NCBI GenBank assembly: GCA_964016885.1
Contig: OZ024740.1
Location: 204,166,001-204,230,000, forward strand
Direction of reading: 5' to 3'
Length of the DNA stretch: 64,000 nt
DNA from: Eledone cirrhosa
Lineage: Eukaryota
Shown here: positions 15,001 to 30,000 of the stretch, piece by piece
Position numbering within the stretch: the first letter of the stretch is position 1
Layout: each line of letters starts with the position of its first letter
Program-made: the position numbers and the translations under genes
Notes under the pieces: generated by a model
Database searches by the model: none
Told to the model about the DNA's origin: nothing
The model's input: the letters and a program-made list of their open reading frames with translations, nothing else

Positions 15001-18000
15001 CTGGGTGTGTTGTATCTACAGATGTAGAGTTATATACTGGACAGTAGAGAGATGTTACACTATGTCCCCTACCATTGAATACCACTGTCAGGGTGTGTTG
15101 TATCTACAGATGTAAAGATATCTACTGGACAGTAGAGAGACGTTACACTATGTCCCCTACCATTCAATACCACTGTCTGGGTGTGTTGTATCTACAGATG
15201 TAGAGATATATACTGAACAGTAGAGAGACGTTAAACTATGTGCCCTACCATTCAATACCACTGTCAGGGTGTGTTGTATCTACAAGTATAGAGATATACA
15301 CTGGACAGTAGAGAGACGTTACACTATGTCCCCTACCATTCAATACCACTGTCAGGGTGTGTTGTATCTACAGGTATAGAGATATATACTGGAGAGTAGA
15401 GAGACGTTACACTATGTCCCCTACCATTGAATAGCACTGTCAGGGTGTGTTTTATCTACAGATGTAGAGATATATACTGGACAGTAGAGAGACGTTACAC
15501 TATGTCCCCTACCATTGAATACCACTGTCAGGGTGTGTTATATCTACAGATGTAGAGATATATACTGGACAGTAGAGAGACGTTACACTATGTCCCCTAC
15601 CATTGAATACCACTGTCTGGGTGTGTTGTATCTACAGATGTAGAGATATATACTGGACAGTAGAGAGACGTTACACTATGTCCCCTACCATTCAATACCA
15701 CTGTCAGGGTGTGTTGTATCTACAGGTATAGAGATATATACTGGACAGTAGAGAGAACTTACACTATGTCCCCTACCATTGAATACCACTGTCAGGGTGT
15801 GTTGTATCTACAGATGTAGAGATATATACTGGACAGTAGAGGGGTTACACTATGTCCCCTACCATTGAATACCACTGTCAGGGTGTGTTGTATCTACAGA
15901 TATAGAGATATATACTGGACAGTAGAGAGACGTTACACTATGTCCCCTAACATTGAATACCACTGTCAGGGTGTGTTGTATCTACAAATGTAGAGATATA
16001 TACTGGTCAGTAGAGAGACGTTACACTATGTCCCCTAACATTGAATACGACTGTCAGGGTGTGTTGTATCTACAGGTATAGAGATATATACTTGACAGTA
16101 GAGACACGTTAAACTATGTCCCCTACCATTGAATACCACTGTCTGGGTGCGTTGTATCTACAAGTATAGACATATATACTGGACAGTAGAGAGACGTTAC
16201 ACTATGTCCCCTACCATGGAATACCACTGTCTGGGTGTGTTGTATCTACAGGTATAGAGATATATTCTGGACAGTAGAGAGACGTTACACTATGTCCCCT
16301 ACCATTGAATACCACTGTCAGGGTGTGTTGTATCTACAGATGTAGAGATATATACTGGACAGTAGAGAGACGTTACACTATGTCCCCTACCATTGAATAC
16401 CACTGTCTGGGTGTGTTGTATCTACAGACGTAGAGATATATACTGGACAGTAGAGAGATGTTACACTATGTCCCCTACCATTGAATACCACTGTCAGGGT
16501 GTGTTGTATCTACAGATGTAAAGATATCTACTGGACAGTTGAGAGACGTTACACTATGTCCCCAACCATTCAATACCACTGTCTGGGTGTGTTGTATCTA
16601 CAGATGTAGAGATATATACTGAACAGTAGAGAGACGTTACACTATGTCCCGTAACATTGAATACCACAGTCTGGGTGTGTTGTATCTACAAGTATAGAGA
16701 TATATACTGGATAGTACCGAGACGTTACACTATGTCCCCTACCATTGAATACCACTGTCAGGGTGTGTTGTATCTACAGATGTAGGGATATATACTGGAC
16801 AGTAGAGAGACGTTACACTATGTCCCCTACCATTGAATACCACTGTCTGGGTGTGTTGTATCTACAGATGTAGAGATATATACTGGACAGTAGAGAGATG
16901 TTACACTATGTCCCCTACCTTTGAATACCACTGTCAGGGTGTGTTGTATCTACATATGTAAAGATATCTACTGGACAGTAGAGAGACGTTACACTATGTC
17001 CCCTACCATTCAATACCACTGTCAGGGTGTGTTGTATCTACAGGTATAGAGATATATACTGGATAGTAGAGAGACGTTACAGTATGTCCCCTACCATTGA
17101 ATACCACTGTCAGGGTGTGTTGTATCTACATATGTAAAGATATCTACTGGACAGTAGAGAAACGTTACACTATGTCCCCTACCATTCAATACCACTGTCT
17201 GGGTGTGTTGTATCTACAGATGTAGAGATATATACTGGACAGTAGAGAGACGTTACACTATGTCCCCTACCATTCAATACCACTGTCAGGGTGTGTTGTA
17301 TCTACAGGTATAGAGATATATACTGGATAGTAGACAGACGTTACACTATGTCCCGTACCATTGAATACCACTGTCTGGGTGTGTTGTATCTACAAGTATA
17401 GAGATATATACTGGATAGTACCGAGACGTTACACTATGTCCCCTACCATTGAATACCACTGTCAGAGTGTGTTGTATCTACAGATATAGAGATATATACT
17501 GGACAGTAGAAAGACGTTACACTATGTCCCCTACCATTCAATACCACTGTCAGGGTGTGTTGTATCTACAGATATAGAGATATATACTGGACAGTAGAGA
17601 GACGTTACACTATGTCCCCTACCATTGAATACCACTGTCTGGGTGTGTTGTATCTACAGATATAGAGATATATACTGGACAGAAGAGAGACGTTACACTA
17701 TGTACCCTACCATGGAATACCACTGTCAGGGTGTGTTGTATCTACAGATATAGAGATATATACTGGACAGTAGAGAGACGTTACACTATGTCCCCTACCA
17801 TTGAATACCACTGTCAGGGTGTGTTATATCTACAGACGTAGAGATATATACTGGGCAGTAGAGAGACGTTAGACTATGTCCCCTACCATTGAATACCACT
17901 GTCTGGGTGTGTTGTATCTACAGGTATAGAGATATACACTGGACAGTAGTGAAACGTTACACTATGTCCCCTACCATTCAATACCACTGTCAGGGTGTGT

Positions 18001-21000
18001 TGTATCTACAGGTGTAGAGATATATACTGGACAGTAGAGAGACGTTACACTATGTCCCCTACCATTGAATACCACTGTCAGGGTGTGTTGTATCTACAGA
18101 TTTGCGAAATATACTGGACAGTAGAGAGACGTGACACTATGTCCCCTACCATTGAATACCACTGTCAGGGTGTGTTGTGTCTACAGATATAGAGATATAT
18201 ACTGGACAGTAGAGGGACGTTACACTATGCCCCCTACCATTGAATACCACTGTCTGGGTGTGTTGTATCTACAGATATAGAGATATATACTGGACAGTAG
18301 AGAGACGTTACACTATGTACCCTACCATTGAATACCACTGTCAGGGTGTGTTGTATCTACAGATGTAGAGATATACACTGGACAGTAGAGAAACGTTACA
18401 CTATGTCCCCTACCATTGAATACCACTGTCAGGGTGTGTTGTATCCACAGATATAGAGATATATACTGGACAGTAGAGAGACTTTACACTATGTCCTCTA
18501 CCATTGAATACCACTGTCTGGGTGTGTTGTATCTACAGATGTAGAGATATACACTGGACAGTAGAGACACGTTACACTATGTCCCCTACCATTCAATACC
18601 ACTGTCAGGGTGTGTTGTATCTACAGGTATAGAGATATAAACTGGACAGTAGAGACACGTTACACTATGTCCCCTACCATTCAATACCACTGTCTGGGTG
18701 TGTTTTATCTACAGATATAGAGATATACACTGGACAGTAGAGTGACGTTACACTATGTCCCCTACCATTGAATACCACTGTCAGGGTGTGTTGTATCTAC
18801 AAATTTAGAGATATACACTGGACAGTAAAGAGACGTTACACTATGTCCCCTACCATTCAATACCACTGTCATGGTGTGTTGTATCTACAAGTATAGAGAT
18901 ATACACTGGACAGTAGAGTGACGTTACACTATGTCCTCTACCATTCAATACCACTGTCTGGGTGTGTTGTATCTACAGATATAGAGATATACACTGGACA
19001 GTAGAGTGACGTTACACTATGTCCTCTACCATTCAATACCACTGTCTGGGTGTGTTGTATCTACAGATATAGAGATATATACTGCATAGTAGAGAGACGT
19101 TACACTATGTCCCCTACCATTGAATACCACTGTCAGGGTGTGTTGTATCTACAGATGTAGAGATATATACTGGACAGTAGAGAGACGTTACACTATGTCC
19201 CCTACCATTGAATACCACTGTCAGGGTGTGTTGTATCTACAGATATAGAGATATATACTGGACAGTAGAGAGACGTTACACTATGTCTCCTACCATTGAA
19301 TACCACTGTCAGGGTGTGTTGTATCTACAAGTATAGAGATATACACTGGACAGTAGAGAGACGTTACTCTATGTCCCCTAACATTGAATACCACTGTCAG
19401 GGTGTGTTGTATCTACAAGTATAGAGATATACACTGGACAGTAGAGAGACGTTACACTATGTCCCCTAACATTGAATACCACTGTCAGGGTGTGTTGTAT
19501 CTACAAGTATAGAGATATACACTGGACAGTAGAGAGACGTTACACTATGTCCCCTACCATTGAATACCATTGTCAGGGTGTGTTGTATCTACAGATGTAG
19601 AGATATATACTGGACAGTAGAGGGGTTAAACCATGTCCCCTACCATTGAATACCACTGTCAGGGTGTGTTGTATCTACAGATATAGAGATATATACTGGA
19701 CAGTAGAGAGACGTTACACTATGTCCCCTACCATTGAATACCACTGTCTGGGTGTGTTGTATCTTCAGATGTAGAGATATATACTGGACAGTAGAGAGAC
19801 GTTACACTATGTCCCCTACCATTCAAAACCACTGTCAGGGTGTGTTTTATCTACAGGTATAGAGATATATACTGGACAGTAGAGAGACGTTACACTATGT
19901 CCCCTACCATTGAATACCACTGTCAGGGTGTGTTGTATCTACAGGTATAGAGATATATACTGGACAGTAGAGAGACGTTACACTATGTCCCCTACCATTG
20001 AATACCAGTCAGGGTGTGTTGTATCTACAGGTATAGAGATATATACTGGACAGTAGAGAGACGTTACACTATGTCCCCTACCATTGAATACCAGTCAGGG
20101 TGTGTTGTGTCTACAGATGTAGAGATATATACTGGACAGTAGAGAGACGTTACACTATGTCCCCTACCATTGAATACCACTGTCTGGGTGTGTTGTATCT
20201 ACAGATGTAGAGATATATACTGGACAGTAGAGAGATGTTACACTATCTCCCCTACCATTGAATACCACTGTCAGGGTGTGTTGTATCTACATATGTACAG
20301 ATATCTACTGGACAGTAGAGAGACGTTACACTATGTCCCCTACCATTCAATACCACTGTCTGGGTGTGTTGTATCTACAGATGTAGAGATATATACTGAA
20401 CAGTAGAGAGACGTTACACTATGGCCCCTACCATTCAATACCACTGTCAGGGTGTGTTGTATCTACAGGTATAGAGATATATACTGGATAGTAGAGAGAC
20501 GTTACACTATGTCCCGTACCATTGAATACCACTGTCTGGGTGTGTTGTATCTACAGATATAGAGATATATACTGGACAGTAGAAAGACGTTACACTATGT
20601 CCCCTACCATTCAATACCACTGTCAGGGTGTGTTGTATCTACAGATATAGAGATATATACTGGACAGAAGAGAGACGTTACACTATGTACCCTACCATGG
20701 AATACCACTGTCAGGGTGTGTTGTATCTACAGATGTTGAGATATATACTGGACAGTAGAGACACGTTACACTATGTCCCCTACCATTGAATACCACTGTC
20801 AATGTGTGTTGTATCTACAGATATAGAGATATATACTGGGCAGTAGAGAGAGGTTACACTATGTCCCCTACCATTGAATACCACTGTCTGGGTGTGTTGT
20901 ATCTACAGGTATAGAGATATATACTGGACAGTAGAGAGACGTTACACTATGTCCCCTACCATTCAATACCACTGTCAGGGTATGTTGTATCTACAGATAT

Positions 21001-24000
21001 AGAGATATATACTGGACAGTAGAGAGACGTTACACTATGTCCCCTACCATTGAATACCACTGTCAGGGTGTGTTATATCTACAGATGTAGAGATATATAC
21101 TGGGCAGTAGAGAGACGTTAGACTATGTCCCCTACCATTGAATACCACTGTCAGGGTGTGTTGTATCTACAGGTATAGAGATATACACTGGACAGTAGAG
21201 AAACGTTACACTATGTCCCCTACCATTCAATACCACTGTCAGGGTGTGTTGTATCTACAGATGTAGAGATATATACTGGACAGTAGAGAGACGTTACACT
21301 ATGTCCCCTACCATTGAATACCACTGTCAGGGTGTGTTGTATCTACAGATTTGCGAAATATACTGGACAGTAGAGAAACGTGACACTATGTCCCCTACCA
21401 TTGAATACCACTGTCAGGGTGTGTTGTGTCTACAGATATAGAGATATATACTGGACAGTAGAGAGACGTTACACTATGCCCCCTACCATTGAATACCACT
21501 GTCTGGGTGTGTTGTATCTACAGATATAGAGATATATACTGGACAGTAGAGAGACGTTACACTATGTACCCTACCATTGAATACCACTATCAGGGTGTGT
21601 TGTATCTACAGATGTAGAGATATACACTGGACAGTAGAGAAACGTTACACTATGTCCCCTACCATTGAATACCACTGTCAGGGTGTGTTGTATCCACAGA
21701 TATAGAGATATATACTGGACAGTAGAGAGACGTTACACTATGTCCCCTACCATTGAATACCACTGTCTGGGTGTGTTGTATCTACAGATGTAGAGATATA
21801 TACTGGACAGTAGAGAGACGTTACACTATGTCCCCTACCATTCAATGCCACTATCAGGGTGTGTTGTATCTACAGGTATAGAGATATATACTGGATAGTA
21901 GAGAGACGTTACACTATGTCCCCTACCATTCAATACCACTGTCAGGGTGTGTTGTATCTACAAGTATATAGATATACACTGGACAGTAGAGAGACGTTAC
22001 ACTATGTCCCGTACCATTGAATACCACTGTCAGGGTGTGTTGTATCTACAGGTATAGAGATATATACTGGACAGTAGAGACACGTTACACTATGTCCCCT
22101 ACCATTCAATACCACTGTCAGGGTGTGTTGTATCTACAAGTATATAGATATACACTGGACAGTAGAGAGACGTTACACTATGTCCCCTACCATTCAATAC
22201 CACTGTCAGGGTGTGTTGTATCTACAGATGTAGAGTTATATACTGAACAGTAGAGAGACGTTACACTATGTCCCCTACCATTCAATACCACTGTCTGGGT
22301 GTGTTGTATCTACAGGTATAGAGATATATACTGGACAGTAGAGAGACGTTACTCTATGTCCCCTACCATTCAATACCACTGTCAGGGTGTGTTGTATCTA
22401 CAGGTATAGAGATATATACTGGACAGTAGAGAGACGTTACTCTATGTCCCCTACCATTCAATACCACTGTCAGGGTGTGTTGTATCTACAGGTATAGAGA
22501 TATATACTGGTCAGTAGAGAGACGTTACACTATGTCCCCTACCATTCAATACCACTGTCTGGGTGTGTTATATCTACAAGTATAGAGATATATACTGGAT
22601 AGTACCGAGACGTTACACTATGTCCCCTACCATTTAATACCACTGTCAGGGTGTGTTGTATCTACAGGTATAGAGATATATACTGGACAGTAGAGAGATC
22701 TTACACTATGTCCCCTACCATTGAATACCACTGTCAGGGTGTGTTGTATCTACAGATGTAGAGATATATACTGGACAGTAGAGGGGTTACACTATGTCCC
22801 TTACCATTGAATACCACTGTCAGGGTGTGTTGTATCTACAGATATAGAGATATATACTGGACAGTAGAGAGACGTTACACTATGTCCCCTAACATTGAAT
22901 ACCACTGTCAGGGTGTGTTGTATCTACAGATGTAGAGATATATACTGGTCAGTAGAGAGACGTTACACTATGTCCCCTAACATTGAATACGACTGTCAGG
23001 GTGTGTTGTATCTACAGGTATAGAGATATATACTTGACAGTAGAGACACGTTAAACTATGTCCCCTACCATTGAATACCACTGTCTGGGTGTGTTGTATC
23101 TACAAGTATAGAGATATATACTGGACAGTAGAGAGACGTTACACTATGTCCCCTACCATGGAATACCACTGTCAGGGTGTGTTGTATCTACAGGTATAGA
23201 GATATATACTGGACAGTAGAGAGACGTTACACTATGTCCCCTACCATTGAATACCACTGTCAGGGTGTGTTGTATCTACAGATATAGAGATATATACTGG
23301 ACAGTAGAAAGACGTTACACTATGTCCCTACCATTGAATACCACTGTCAGGGTGTGTTGTATCTACAGATGTAGAGATATATACTGGACAGTAGTGAGAC
23401 GTTACACTATGTCCCCTACCATTGAATACCGCTGTCAGGGTGTGTTGTATCTACAGATGTAGAAATATATACTGGACAGTAGAGAGACGTTACACTATGT
23501 CCCCTACCACGGAATACCACTGTCAGGGTGTGTTGTATCTACAGGTATAGAGATATATACTGGGCAGTAGAGAGACGTTACACTATGTCCCCTACCATTG
23601 AATACCACTGTCAGGGTGTGTTGTATCTACAAATTTAGAGATATAAACTGGACAGTAAAGAGACGTTACACTATGTCCCCTACCATTCAATACCACTGTC
23701 ATGGTGTGTTGTATCTACAGGTATAGAGATATACACTGGACAGTAGAGAGACGTTACACTATGTCCCCTACCATAAAATACCACTGTCAGGGTGTGTTGT
23801 ATCTACAGATATAGAGATATATACTGGACAGTAGAGAGACGTTACACTATGTCCCCTACCATTGAATACCACTGTCAGGGTGTGTTGTATCTACAAATTT
23901 AGAGATATACACTGGACAGTAAAGTGACGTTACACTATGTCCCCTACCATTCAATACCACTGTCATGGTGTGTTGTATCTACAGGTATAGAGATATACAC

Positions 24001-27000
24001 TGGACAGTAGAGTGACGTTACACTATGTCCCCTACCATAAAATACCACTGTCAGGGTGTGTTGTATCTACAGATATAGAGATATATACTGCATAGTAGAG
24101 AGACGTTACACTATGTCCCCTACCATTGAATACCACTATCAGGGTGTGTTGTATCTACAGATATAGAGATATATACTGGACAGTAGAGAGACGTTACACT
24201 ATGTCTCCTACCATTGAATACCACTGTCAGGGTGTGTTGTATCTACAAGTATAGAGATATACACTGGACAGTAGAGAGACGTTACTCTATGTCCCCTAAC
24301 ATTGAATACCACTGTCAGGGTGTGTTGTATCTACAAGTATAGAGATATACACTGGACAGTAGAGAGACGTTACACTATGTCCCCTAACATTGAATACCAC
24401 TGTCAGGGTGTGTTGTATCTACAAGTATAGAGATATACACTGGACAGTAGAGAGACGTTACACTATGTCCCCTACCATTGAATACCATTGTCAGGGTGTG
24501 TTGTATCTACAGATGTAGAGATATATACTGGACGGTAGAGGGGTTAAACTATGTCCCCTACCATTGAATACCACTGTCAGGGTGTGTTGTATCTACAGAT
24601 ATAGAGATATATACTGGACAGTAGAGAGACGTTACACTATGTCCCCTACCATTGAATACCACTGTCTGGGTGTGTTGTATCTTCAGATGTAGAGATATAT
24701 ACTGGACAGTAGAGAGACGTTACACTATGTCCCCTACCATTCAATACCACTGTCAGGGTGTGTTTTATCTACAGGTATAGAGATATATACTGGATAGTAG
24801 AGAGACGTTAGACTATGTCCCCTACCATTGAATACCACTGTCAGGGTGTGTTGTATCTACAGGTATAGAGATATATACTGGACAGTAGAGAGACGTTACA
24901 CTATGTCCCCTACCATTGAATACCACTGTCAGGGTGTGTTGTATCTACAGGTATAGAGATATATACTGGACAGTAGAGAGACGTTACACTATGTCCCCTA
25001 CCATTGAATACCACTGTCTGGGTGTGTTGTATCTACAGATGTAGAGATATATACTGGACAGTAGAGAGATGTGACACTATGTCCCCTACCATTGAATACC
25101 ACTGTCAGGGTGTGTTGTATCTACATATGTACAGATATCTACTGGACAGTAGAGAGACGTTACACTATGTCCCCTACCATTCAATACCACTGTCTGGGTG
25201 TGTTGTATCTACAGATGTAGAGATATATACTGAACAGTAGAGAGACGTTACACTATGGCCCCTACCATTCAATACCACTGTCAGGGTGTGTTGTATCTAC
25301 AGGTATAGAGATATATACTGGATAGTAGAGAGACGTTACACTATGTCCCGTACCATTGAATACCACTGTCTGGGTGTGTTGTATCTACAGATATAGAGAT
25401 ATATACTGGACAGTAGAAAGACGTTACACTATGTCCCCTACCATTCAATACCACTGTCAGGGTGTGTTGTATCTACAGATATAGAGATATATACTGGACA
25501 GAAGAGAGACGTTACACTATGTACCCTACCATGGAATACCACTGTCAGGGTGTGTTGTATCTACAGATGTTGAGATATATACTGGACAGTAGAGACACGT
25601 TACACTATGTCCCCTACCATTGAATACCACTGTCAATGTGTGTTGTATCTACAGATATAGAGATATATACTGGGCAGTAGAGAGAGGTTACACTATGTCC
25701 CCTACCATTGAATACCACTGTCTGGGTGTGTTGTATCTACAGGTATAGAGATATATACTGGACAGTAGAGAGACGTTACACTATGTCCCCTACCATTCAA
25801 TACCACTGTCAGGGTATGTTGTATCTACAGATATAGAGATATATACTGGACAGTAGAGAGACGTTACACTATGTCCCCTACCATTGAATACCACTGTCAG
25901 GGTGTGTTATATCTACAGATGTAGAGATATATACTGGGCAGTAGAGAGACGTTAGACTATGTCCCCTACCATTGAATACCACTGTCAGGGTGTGTTGTAT
26001 CTACAGGTATAGAGATATACACTGGACAGTAGAGAAACGTTACACTATGTCCCCTACCATTCAATACCACTGTCAGGGTGTGTTGTATCTACAGATGTAG
26101 AGATATATACTGGACAGTAGAGAGACGTTACACTATGTCCCCTACCATTGAATACCACTGTCAGGGTGTGTTGTATCTACAGATTTGCGAAATATACTGG
26201 ACAGTAGAGAAACGTGACACTATGTCCCCTACCATTGAATACCACTGTCAGGGTGTGTTGTGTCTACAGATATAGAGATATATACTGGACAGTAGAGAGA
26301 CGTTACACTATGCCCCCTACCATTGAATACCACTGTCTGGGTGTGTTGTATCTACAGATATAGAGATATATACTGGACAGTAGAGAGACGTTACACTATG
26401 TACCCTACCATTGAATACCACTATCAGGGTGTGTTGTATCTACAGATGTAGAGATATACACTGGACAGTAGAGAAACGTTACACTATGTCCCCTACCATT
26501 GAATACCACTGTCAGGGTGTGTTGTATCCACAGATATAGAGATATATACTGGACAGTAGAGAGACGTTACACTATGTCCCCTACCATTGAATACCACTGT
26601 CTGGGTGTGTTGTATCTACAGATGTAGAGATATATACTGGACAGTAGAGAGACGTTACACTATGTCCCCTACCATTCAATGCCACTGTCAGGGTGTGTTG
26701 TATCTACAGGTATAGAGATATATACTGGATAGTAGAGAGACGTTACAGTATGTCCCGTACCATTGAATACCACTGTCAGGGTGTGTTGTATCTACAGGTA
26801 TAGAGATATATACTGGACAGTAGAGACACGTTACACTATGTCCCCTACCATTCAATACCACTGTCAGGGTGTGTTGTATCTACAAGTATATAGATATACA
26901 CTGGACAGTAGAGAGACGTTACACTTTGTCCCCTACCATTCAATACCACTGTCAGGGTGTGTTGTATCTACAGATGTAGAGTTATATACTGGACAGTAGA

Positions 27001-30000
27001 GAGACGTTACACTATGTCCCCTACCATTCAATACCACTGTCTGGGTGTGTTGTATCTACAGGTATAGAGATATATACTGGACAGTAGAGAGACGTTACTC
27101 TATGTCCCTACCATTCAATACCACTGTCAGGGTGTGTTGTATCTACAGGTATAGAGATATATACTGGACAGTAGAGAGACGTTACTCTATGTCCCCTACC
27201 ATTCAATACCACTGTCAGGGTGTGTTGTATCTACAGGTATAGAGATATATACTGGTCAGTAGAGAGACGTTACACTATGTCCCCTACCATTCAATACCAC
27301 TGTCTGGGTGTGTTATATCTACAAGTATAGAGATATATACTGGATAGTACCGAGACGTTACACTATGTCCCCTACCATTTAATACCACTGTCAGGGTGTG
27401 TTGTATCTACAGGTATAGAGATATATACTGGACAGTAGAGAGATCTTACACTATGTCCCCTACCATTGAATACCACTGTCAGGGTGTGTTGTATCTACAG
27501 ATGTAGAGATATATACTGGACAGTAGAGGGGTTACACTATGTCCCTTACCATTGAATACCACTGTCAGGGTGTGTTGTATCTACAGATATAGAGATATAT
27601 ACTGGACAGTAGAGAGACGTTACACTATGTCCCCTAACATTGAATACCACTGTCAGGGTGTGTTGTATCTACAGATGTAGAGATATATACTGGTCAGTAG
27701 AGAGACGTTACACTATGTCCCCTAACATTGAATACGACTGTCAGGGTGTGTTGTATCTACAGGTATAGAGATATATACTTGACAGTAGAGACACGTTAAA
27801 CTATGTCCCCTACCATTGAATACCACTGTCTGGGTGTGTTGTATCTACAAGTATAGAGATATATACTGGACAGTAGAGAGACGTTACACTATGTCCCCTA
27901 CCATGGAATACCACTGTCAGGGTGTGTTGTATCTACAGATATAGAGATATATACTGGACAGTAGAAAGACGTTACACTATGTCCCTACCATTGAATACCA
28001 CTGTCAGGGTGTGTTGTATCTACAGATGTAGAGATATATACTGGACAGTAGTGAGACGTTACACTATGTCCCCTACCATTGAATACCGCTGTCAGGGTGT
28101 GTTGTATCTACAGATGTAGAAATATATACTGGACAGTAGAGAGACGTTACACTATGTCCCCTACCACGGAATACCACTGTCAGGGTGTGTTGTATCTACA
28201 GGTATAGAGATATATACTGGGCAGTAGAGAGACGTTACACTATGTCCCCTACCATTGAATACCACTGTCAGGGTGTGTTGTATCTACAAATTTAGAGATA
28301 TACACTGGACAGTAAAGAGACGTTACACTATGTCCCCTACCATTCAATACCACTGTCATGGTGTGTTGTATCTACAGGTATAGAGATATACACTGGACAG
28401 TAGAGAGACGTTACACTATGTCCCCTACCATAAAATACCACTGTCAGGGTGTGTTGTATCTACAGATATAGAGATATATACTGGACAGTAGAGAGACGTT
28501 ACACTATGTCCCCTACCATTGAATACCACTGTCAGGGTGTGTTGTATCTACAAATTTAGAGATATACACTGGACAGTAAAGTGACGTTACACTATGTCCC
28601 CTACCATTCAATACCACTGTCATGGTGTGTTGTATCTACAGGTATAGAGATATACACTGGACAGTAGAGTGACGTTACACTATGTCCCCTACCATAAAAT
28701 ACCACTGTCAGGGTGTGTTGTATCTACAGATATAGAGATATATACTGCATAGTAGAGAGACGTTACACTATGTCCCCTACCATTGAATACCACTATCAGG
28801 GTGTGTTGTATCTACAGATATAGAGATATATACTGGACAGTAGAGAGACGTTACACTATGTCTCCTACCATTGAATACCACTGTCAGGGTGTGTTGTATC
28901 TACAAGTATAGAGATATACACTGGACAGTAGAGAGACGTTACTCTATGTCCCCTAACATTGAATACCACTGTCAGGGTGTGTTGTATCTACAAGTATAGA
29001 GATATACACTGGACAGTAGAGAGACGTTACACTATGTCCCCTAACATTGAATACCACTGTCAGGGTGTGTTGTATCTACAAGTATAGAGATATACACTGG
29101 ACAGTAGAGAGACGTTACACTATGTCCCCTACCATTGAATACCATTGTCAGGGTGTGTTGTATCTACAGATGTAGAGATATATACTGGACGGTAGAGGGG
29201 TTAAACTATGTCCCCTACCATTGAATACCACTGTCAGGGTGTGTTGTATCTACAGATATAGAGATATATACTGGACAGTAGAGAGACGTTACACTATGTC
29301 CCCTACCATTGAATACCACTGTCTGGGTGTGTTGTATCTTCAGATGTAGAGATATATACTGGACAGTAGAGAGACGTTACACTATGTCCCCTACCATTCA
29401 ATACCACTGTCAGGGTGTGTTTTATCTACAGGTATAGAGATATATACTGGATAGTAGAGAGACGTTAGACTATGTCCCCTACCATTGAATACCACTGTCA
29501 GGGTGTGTTGTATCTACAGGTATAGAGATATATACTGGACAGTAGAGAGACGTTACACTATGTCCCCTACCATTGAATACCACTGTCAGGGTGTGTTGTA
29601 TCTACAGGTATAGAGATATATACTGGACAGTAGAGAGACGTTACACTATGTCCCCTACCATTGAATACCACTGTCTGGGTGTGTTGTATCTACAGATGTA
29701 GAGATATATACTGGACAGTAGAGAGATGTGACACTATGTCCCCTACCATTGAATACCACTGTCAGGGTGTGTTGTATCTACATATGTAAAGATATCTACT
29801 GGACAGTAGAGAGACGTTACACTATGTCCCCTACCATTCAATACCACTGTCTGGGTGTGTTGTATCTACAGATGTAGAGATATATACTGAACAGTAGAGA
29901 GACGTTACACTATGTCCCCTACCATTCAATACCACTGTCAGGGTGTGTTGTATCTAGAGGTATAGAGATATATACTGGATAGTAGAGAGACGTTACACTA

